From: Eledone cirrhosa
Lineage: Eukaryota
Direction of reading: 5' to 3'
Assembly (NCBI GenBank): GCA_964016885.1
Contig: OZ024742.1
Coordinates: forward strand, 36,518,001-36,582,000
Length of the DNA stretch: 64,000 nt
Below, piece after piece: positions 55,561 to 64,000 of this stretch. How positions within the stretch are numbered: the stretch's first letter is position 1; each line of letters begins with the position of its first letter. The position numbers were made by a program, and so were the translations under genes. The notes under the pieces were generated by a model. That model saw only the letters and a list, made by a program, of their open reading frames with translations, was not told the origin of the DNA and did no database searches.

Positions 55561-55966
55561 CGTAAAATTAAGTGAAATCTGATCAATGTTCACAGACCTT
55601 TGTCTGTAAAGTATATATTCGAGATCTAACAACACTGTATACAAATAAATACGTTATGTGGTATTAATTGTTCAATTATTTCTATGATTAATTTAATGTC
55701 GGTTGTTTAAAGTTAATTGTCACGAAAAATGTTAATTTTTAAAAAGTATGTCACCAACATGAAAATATGAGGAAGTTGTTTTAGTGAAGAAATGACTCAT
55801 AGACGCCATATTAGTGTGAGCTTATTTATAGAGGGGAGGTGTCAATATAGAAATATAGTCATATATAAAAATATATACATATACACCAGGTCAGAACACA
55901 AAAGAACCAAACTCTCCACTCCTCTGCCTCCGTCTCCCCTGCTCTCTCCATCTCTCATTATTATGA

Positions 55967-56544
55967 CGAAGGGCAGTGGATTGGCAGTATCAGTAGAGGG
56001 TCGGACGCCATGCTTTCTAGCATAGAGTTACGTCCCTTTACGGACTGAGTTCAAATCCCTCCAAGGTTAACTTTGCCTTTCATCCTTACGGGGTCGATAA
56101 AATAAAGTACCAGTAATGTACTGGGTAATTGCTGGCCTTGTGCCAAAAGTAGAAACAATTATTATGACGGTGGATTGGCAGTATCAGTAGAGGGTCGGAC
56201 GCCATGCTTTCCAGCATAGTTACGTCCCTTTACGATCTGAGTTCAAATCCCGCCGAGGTTGACTTTGCCTTTCATCCTTACGGGGTCGATAAAATAAAGT
56301 ATCAGTAATGCACTGGGTATTTGCTGGCCTTGTGCCTAAAGTAGAAACAATTATTATGACGGTGAATTGGCAGTATCGGTAGAGGGTCGGACGCCATGCT
56401 TTGACGCATAGAGTTACGACCCTTGCCATTTCTGAGTTCAAATCCCGCCGATGTTAACTTTGGCTTTCATCCTTACGGGGTCGATAAAATAAAGTACCAG
56501 TAATACACTGGGTATTTGCTGGCCTTGTGCCAAAAGTAGAAACA
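55967..56544 (+). mobile_element. Three head-to-tail SINE copies separated by ATTATTATGA
   Basis: Units about 55967-56157, 56168-56349 and 56360-56544. Confidence 0.9.
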
Positions 56545-56889
56545 ATTATTATGAGCAAATGGGGGCGCATGCGCTGGTCGCCCCGGACAGAAAAGAGTAG
56601 TCGTTTCTCCAGAGGATAATGAAGGAGACGCACTGGAAAAGCCATTCCAGCTCGCGAGGCTCATATCTGTGGGTTGTGGTGAGGAAAAACTACGATATGA
56701 GTTAATACATTCATCCATCTAAATCCCATGAACTCTTTATAGAGTTATAGGAGTGCCATCGTGCCATACAACGTGCCTGGGACATTTATACAAGGCGGGG
56801 CCAATTCTTTTTCATGTCTGAACACAGCCGATTTCTTCTAGAGAAAGAAAGTAAAATGGAGAGAGAAAACAAAGAAAGAGAGATAGATG

Positions 56890-57285
56890 AAGAATCGACG
56901 CCAGTATTGAACTGGTATTTTATTTATCGACTTCGAAAAGATAAAAGACAAAGTAGACCTCGGTGGGGTTTGAACACAAAATATAAAGAGCTCTAACAAA
57001 CACTGAAAAGTGTTTTATCCGAAGTTAAAGACTCTGGCAATTACTCGTCTTAATATAGTATATGCCAGCAATTTTAACTATAATAAAGAAGGGAGTACGG
57101 GACTGCATCAAGAATATCATTTTTTTATCCCGTTTGTAAAATAAGTTGGATTACTTTGAATAAATAATTGTTTCTACTTTAGGCACAAAGCCAGCAATTA
57201 TCCAGTGCATTACTGGTACTTTATTTTATCGACCCCGTAAGGATGAAAGGCAAAGTTAAGCTCGGCGGGATTTGAACTCAGAATG
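56890..57285 (-). mobile_element. Two further SINE copies (one old, one partial)
   Basis: Meta-like domain at about 56910-56975 and 57165-57285. Confidence 0.7.
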
Positions 57286-58786
57286 AACTCAGAATGAACT
57301 TTGAATAAATAATGAATGAATATTACATAATTTATCTGCTAAATTTCGTTATTCTTGATTAAATATATTTTATTGCTTATTTAAAGATTCACTTCCGGTT
57401 AGCGATCGCTTAAATAAACATTCATATATTTCCGTCACTAATTTTCTCCTAATGCAGTTTATATATAATATCGTCTTTTTTTAATGTATTATGGATTACG
57501 TTACTGATAACATAAGACAGTGTAACACAGTCTTCGTTCAATTTCTGTGTATATTGTCAATTACGATTTTATTTGATATATCATATCTACATACATATAT
57601 ACTTGCGTATAATATCAATATACACACGACACATGCCAGCAGAAAACCACCCGAAGGGTGGATTTCTGCTAGTTTCTTTAATGCCCTTGAAATGTTTATT
57701 TTCAATATTTACGAAATACATAGGCTGAGTATTTCATATAAATATGGTAACACGGGTCTTGAACAACAATAATAATATTAACACTTTGTGGTTAACTTGT
57801 CTCTGAATGTGTCTAAGATGCTGTGTAATGCCATTAGGATTATCAGTCTACAAGAAGTTTATTTTATAAGAGTTAACTAAAATTTTGTTTTATCCATCTA
57901 TTATACATAAGTATATTATGTCAACTATGTTATACTAAAATACGTCATACAGTGATGGAAATAGGAAAAACAAAAAAATAAAAACAAAATTAAGTAATGA
58001 ACAGAGGGAGAAGGGGTAAAGAAAGGCAGATCTGTCTGTAAAGGAAAGTAGAGGAAAAGACTATAAATGCCATAAACGAGAGGAAAATAGGGAAAAGGCA
58101 AGGACTATTAGGCTACGGAAGAAAGGGAGGGGGGGGGATTGTGGTAGGGTCTATGCCCCGCGGACAAAACTGCAAAGGCATCTCCTAAAAATTTAAACCG
58201 TGGAAAAGATGTGATTTTTCTCTTTCTACAAAGATCTTTTAAGTGTTTATATTTATCTGAAAAACTTCCATCATATATTTTATGTAAGAGCCCTTGTTAA
58301 GTTATGTCCCAAACACCAGCTTAATGAAAAAATAAGTTGTATAATTAAATTTCTCCAAGGTATGATGAAAGATATTGGTTCCATTTATTTTGAGCGAAAT
58401 CATTTTGAGCGAAGTTATTTTGGTCAACATGGCTCTTGGTAGAATGAAAATTGGAATTACGTTACTGAGAAACAAACTTCTTAACCACTCATCCATGAGA
58501 ATGTTTCTCATTTTTCCTTTTTTACTCTTTAGTTCATGTTGGGTTAAATATTTCTGTTTAATATGTAGTACAAATATAGGTGGTGGTAGTGGGATAGGGG
58601 TGTAGGTGTAGCTCGATATGAGGAGCTATACTTGTTTATATACTCATACTGGGTAAAACAGTACTTTGTTTTGTTATATTTGCCATCCTATACCCGTTAT
58701 ATATTTCTACCCCACTGTACCTGCTTTTCGAAACTTAGTCATTTATTTACATATCTCACAATGCTTCGTATTATCTATATTACATT

Positions 58787-58901
<115 letters not shown>

Positions 58902-58951
58902 TAACAGATTAAAGTTTAAGCAAAGATTTTAGTCTTGAAATTTATTATTAT

Positions 58952-58985
<34 letters not shown>

Positions 58986-59107
58986 ATGGAGTGTAAGTGA
59001 AGTTACGGTAGGTTCACCCAGGTGAGCACTCGATGTTTAGGTTCACGTCAGTCAAGTTTGCAATTTTCACAGTTGAAAATTGCAAACTTGACTATCACCA
59101 CAGAATA

Positions 59108-59146
59108 TGAACCTGAAGATTGCGAAAGAATGAAAGTACTTGTTCA
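59108..59146 (+). ncRNA. Very small minimal hammerhead motif
   Basis: TGAAC-CTGAAGA-TTGC-GAAA-GAAT-GAAA-GTAC-TT-GTTCA; palindromic AGTACT stem III, weak stem II. Confidence 0.6.
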
Positions 59147-59300
59147 ATTAACACTTAACATTTAATATTCTACCATACTATTTCATTCTAATACCATTAT
59201 AAATGTTAAAGGATTGTAAATAAAACGAGTAAATCAGACAAAGTTTGAATTCCTTTTATTAATATAATCTTCTATACACAATCATACACACCCGTGTATA

Positions 59301-59343
<43 letters not shown>

Positions 59344-59351
<8 letters not shown>

Positions 59352-59727
59352 GTTTGTATATGTATAATAAAGCCAACACAATGCAGGTATGGACATAGAA
59401 TAAAGAATGCAAATGCAAAAGATATTGTTGACAATTAGTCTTTTACCTTAGATTTATTTAAATGTCCTTAATTTTCGAGATAATATCTCTTCTTCGGAGG
59501 GAAGTAAAGCGGTTAAACCAGTGTTCTAAATTGGCAAGCTATTTAGAACACTGGTTTAACCGCTTTACTTCCCTCCGAAGAAGAGATATTATCTCGAAAA
59601 TTAAGGACATTTAAATAAATCTAAGGTAAAAGACTAATTGTCAACAATATCTTTTGCATTTGCATTCTTTATTCTATGTCCATACCTGCATTGTGTTGGC
59701 TTTATTATACATATACAAACGTTTATA
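59344..59727. repeat. Fold-back palindrome (about 188-bp arms, 9-nt loop) with a decayed hammerhead in each arm
   Basis: 59344-59531 is the reverse complement of 59541-59727; CCT-CCGAAGA-AGAGAT-ATT-ATCTC-GAAA-ATTA-AGG at 59572-59606, then AATAAA. Confidence 0.92.
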
Positions 59728-59765
59728 CCTCATTACACAATGCTTCAAGTGAACTATAACTTCCT

Positions 59766-59842
<77 letters not shown>

Positions 59843-60216
59843 TGTATGTATATACACACACAAGCATACATATCCACTGATCTGTTCATAAACTCTATTA
59901 ATCATATGTATTTACCTATTTATCTACTTAAATAGCAATCAACTTTCTATCTATTTACCTATCTGTCTATATATTTAATTGGCAAATAAATTATATGTAA
60001 TCTGGCGAAGCAGAACAATTGACCGCAACAAGGGATGTAATACTATTTAGTTTTCTTAAGACACAACAATGGTATATATTTATTACTGATTGCTACAACA
60101 CAAATCTGTTCACATCTATATCTATCTCTGACTACAAACTACACAAATAATAATACGGCTATATGAAATAGCAGGACGAAAGTCATTTATGAATACTTTA
60201 TTATTTTGCTTTAAAG

Positions 60217-60293
<77 letters not shown>

Positions 60294-60389
60294 GGAAAGT
60301 TATATTTAAAATTGTTGGGTTACAACTAGTAAATATTGTGTTTACAACGGTATGTCGAATCTATTTATCTATAAAACTGTTTATATTGT

Positions 60390-60453
60390 ATTTTGTCTGA
60401 TGAAGGCATAGCATATTGTTAATATGATATCCCCGAAATATATATAATGAAAT
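60390..60453 (+). ncRNA. Minimal type I hammerhead motif
   Basis: ATTTTGT-CTGATGA-AGGCATAGCATATT-GTT-AATATGATATCCCC-GAAA-TATAT-ATA-ATGAAAT, then AATAAA; family shared with 33380-33530 and about 31470-31595. Confidence 0.72.
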
Positions 60454-60492
60454 AAATATGGTTTTATAAATATAGTTTTCCATTTATTTAAT

Positions 60493-60535
<43 letters not shown>

Positions 60536-60669
60536 AGAAAGAGAGAGATAAGTATATGAAAAAAAATTGTTTGTTCTTTTGTTTTATTTCAAATGGCGTT
60601 CATATACAACTAATCACATCTTTGATGTGTGTGTGTATGTATGTATGTATGTATGTATGTATGTATGTA

Positions 60670-61279
60670 TGTCAGGTCACCAGTTGGTGCTACTGGTAAC
60701 ATGTATCCCAGTACAACCTGTCCCATGGTCGGGTCGTTGGCGACTAAACTGGCAACCCCACCAAGGTTTCTTGGTGAGGAGGGTGACTTTGGACATCCTG
60801 CAGGACTAAAAACAAAACCTGTCAAAGGGCAAAGGAGCTCTTAAGAGTCAATGGCCATCCAAAATCACCGGGAGAGATGACCCCTTAGCCTTTGTCAAGG
60901 CAGAATTCTAGGAGAAGGAAAACTCTGATATAACACCTGCAACCCTGATGGTATCCAATGATGTTGACTTGTTCTTCTTTTTGGTAAATATCATCTTGGT
61001 TAAGAGAGTGGGACTGGCTTTGTGCAGTGCCTTTGCTCACTATAAAAGCTTCACGGCACAGGCATTGCTTTATATCTGGAGATCTCTCTGCACTTGTCGT
61101 CACATGGTACCATGGGCCCAGCACTATGTGTCAGTAATTGTCACAAGTGTAGTGTTTGTACCAGAGTTTTCAAGTCGCTGGCTGGACTAAAAAGTCACAC
61201 TCGTTCAGCGCATCGGTAGGGGTTCTCCTACATGGATATAAAGTAGTGGCCGTACTCGAAAACGAGTTGGCAGCCACCA
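60670..61279 (+). mobile_element. Family B retroposon, full-length, in (TGTA)n
   Basis: Reverse complement of 26991-27600. Confidence 0.85.
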
Positions 61280-61659
61280 TGTATGTTTGTATGTTTGTAT
61301 GTTTGTATGTATGTATGTATGTATGTATGTATGTATGTATGTATGTATGTATGTTTGTATGTATGTAAATATGTATGTTTGTATGTATGTATGTAAGTAT
61401 GTATGTATTTTATCTCTTTCTCTTAATTTCAAGTATATTTTTTTGACCGGCCACCTTCCTGGTGGCAAGGTTGTAAGAAAAGAAATTGTCGTCCCTTGAA
61501 TCGCAAGAATGTTTTGCAAATTTTGAAGGTGCCAGCTATCGCAGCCATTTGTAGACTATGAATTAGGGACCTGCGTATGTATGTATGTATGTATGTATGT
61601 ATGTATGTATGTATGTATGTATGTATGTATGTATGTATGTATGTATGTATGTATGCATG

Positions 61660-62930
61660 TGTCAGGTCGCTCTTCAGCGCTACTGGTAACATGTAACGCA
61701 GTACAGCCTGTGCATGGTCGGGTCGTCGGCGACTAAACCGGCGACCCCACCAAGTTTGCTTGGTGAGGAGGGCGATTTTAGACATCCTGCGTGAGGAAAA
61801 ACCAAGACCCGTCAAAGGGCGGAGTAACTCAGGAGAGTCAACGGCTAACCAATAAAGATTTTTTTATGGAGTGAGAGACCCCTAGTCATCATTAAGATAT
61901 CTCTCTAGGAGAAGGTCACTCTGATATAAAACCTGCGTCATCGTTTGTATCTAATGATGTGGACCAGTTCTTCTTTTGGGGCAAATGCATTTGATATTTA
62001 GAGAGTGGTATTGGCCCTGTGCAAAGCCTTTCCTCACTTCAAAAAACTTCAAGCACAGGCATCGCTTGATATGTGACATTTTTTGCGATGCATGGTATTG
62101 CTGGCCATAGGCAAGTCCCTAGCAGGATTCAAAAGCCACGTCTGTGATGATCATTCTTAAGTATCAAGCGACGGCATTACTCGAAATCGAGTTGCAGCCA
62201 TAATGTATGTATGTATGCGGAAGAACTCATAAGAGTTACGGTCATCCAAAAGTGTGTAAATATGTATATACACATGTACATATGTATGTATACGTGTATG
62301 TATATGCGCGGGGACATAGAAATAGTCGGGCTGGACACCCGATCGCGCAGTTAAACCACTGGGAGTGAAGGACCCCTTTGTCAGGGCATTCTTCTAGGAC
62401 AAGGCAACTCAGGAAACGGGGATAACTCCGATATAAAACCTGCGGCTCAGTAGTTACCGATGATGTTAATCTTTTATTCTTTTCGGGTTATAGCTACTGT
62501 CGCTCAGAGAGTGGGATTGGCTCAGTGCACAGTCTTTCCTCACTTTAAAAAATATCTTCACGCAGAGGCATTACACGATAGAATTAATTAATAATTATTA
62601 ACAATGATATATTGTGCAATGGCCATACTCGATAACGAGGGGGCAGCCATTGTGTATGTAGATGAAGGAAACTCTGAAAAAAAAAACCTGCGGCTTCGGC
62701 AGCATCCTATGATGTTGACAAGTTTTCCTTTTCGGGTAATGTTTTCGATGCTCAGACAATGGGATTGGTCGAGTGCAAAACCTTTCCCTACTTAAAAAAC
62801 CTTCAAAGCACAGACATTGCTTGTTCAAGGTCTGTTACAGGTTCATGTGGCTGGCCGTAGCCTAAAGGTGCACCATTTTCTGTAATCTGACAAGCGATTG
62901 TAATACACTTAGCAGAGTTTGCAGCCACCA
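61660..62930 (+). mobile_element. Cluster of older diverged family B relatives
   Basis: Colinear diverged copy at 61660-62201; fragments 62217-62575 and 62610-62930 end in GCAGCCA(C)CA-(TGTA)n. Confidence 0.72.
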
Positions 62931-63463
62931 TGTATGTATGTATGTATGTATGTATGTATGTATGTATGTATGTATGTATGTATGTATGTATGTTCTTCTG
63001 GTTTTATAATTTTATAAAATGTTTACCAATAGAGAGAGTCGGTTTCTAACATAAATTCAAGGGTCTCTCTTTGGAATTTAAAAAACATTAACTAAGTAGA
63101 TATGTATGCATGTCTGCATGCGTGTGAGTGTGAGTAGGCATGAATGTTATTGTATGTGTGGAGGTGTATGTTTTTAGTTATATGTGTGCATGTGCATATG
63201 TTTTGTATCTGTACATGTGTATATGCAGTTATTACATGCAGACTTTTTGGAAAGTTTTACATATTTTTACTGTTCCATTATGTATGTATGTAAGTATGAA
63301 TGTATGCATGTAAGTATGTATGTATGAATGTATGCGTGTAAGTATGTATGTAATGTATGTACGTAAGTATGTATTATGTGTTATGTATCTAAGTATATAT
63401 GTATGTATATACATATGTAAGTATGTATGTAAGTATGTATGTATATATATATGTATGTATATG

Positions 63464-63847
63464 TGTCAAGACATAATTCTAGAAGGAAAACTCTGATATA
63501 ACACCTGCAACCCTGATGGTATTCAATGATGTTGACATGTTCTTCTTTTTGGTAAATATCATCTTGGTAAAGAGAGTGGGACTGGCTTTGTGCAGTGCCT
63601 TTGCTCACTATAAAATCTTCACGGCACAGGCATTGCTTTATATCTGGAGATCTCTCTGCACTTGTCGTCACATGGTAACATGGGCCCAGCACTATGTGTC
63701 AATAATTGTCACAAGTGTAGTGTTTGTACCAGAGCTTTCAAGTCGCTGGCTGGACTAAAAAGTCACACTTGTTCAGCGCATCGGTAGGGGTTCTCCTACA
63801 TGGATATAAAGTAGTGGCCGTACTCGAAAACGAGTTGGCAACCACCA
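63464..63847 (+). mobile_element. Family B retroposon, 5'-truncated
   Basis: Matches about 60893-61279 only. Confidence 0.85.
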
Positions 63848-64000
63848 TGTATATGTGTGTGTGTGTATGTGTAAGTGTTTGAGAGTGTGTACTATGTGTG
63901 TATGTGTGTGTATATGTAAAGTGGTGAAGAATTTGAAATAGGCGAAACATTATTTCAATATATCAATCTTTCGGGCTGATGACTCTTATTCAGAATTTTG

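Noticed and set aside
54120-57800. Host promoter or exon suggested by CCGGAA/CTTCCGG motifs in unique sequence
   Set aside because: Short motifs only; no supportable exon structure
60680-60760. HDV-like ribozyme at the family B 5' end (GGG-TCG/CGA-CTAA-ACTGG)
   Set aside because: I could not build P1/P3/L3, and the putative P2 strand is not conserved in the other copies
63930-64000. CTGATGA near the window end
   Set aside because: Truncated by the window boundary, so the fold cannot be evaluated

Overview
Repeat-saturated, AT-rich eukaryotic (animal) non-coding DNA. The tRNA-derived SINE families, RTE LINE and microsatellite load suggest an octopod cephalopod; this is inference only. I can support no host protein-coding gene, rRNA, tRNA or CRISPR array, and almost all listed ORFs are translations of (TA)n/(CA)n/(TGTA)n/(GTT)n microsatellites. 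All recognisable coding sequence is transposon-derived: a nearly intact RTE-clade LINE (13120-16416), decayed R4/Dong-type and Tx1/L1-type LINEs, mariner deletion derivatives, and Penelope-like (PLE) GIY-YIG endonuclease remnants that the ORF track misses or buries. Non-coding elements include a hAT element with an 8-bp TSD, a Helitron, many SINEs and six minisatellites. The main hidden signal is about 17 type I hammerhead-ribozyme motifs (hand-folded) from several unrelated sequence families. Most have palindromic loop 3, some have very long stem II, and many have an unpaired 10.1-11.1 position. They lie in (TA)n-embedded PLE pseudo-LTR/retrozyme-like fragments and are repeatedly associated with fold-back palindromes. 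One sits inside a terminally redundant 520-nt unit. Coordinates were read by eye and may be off by a few bases.
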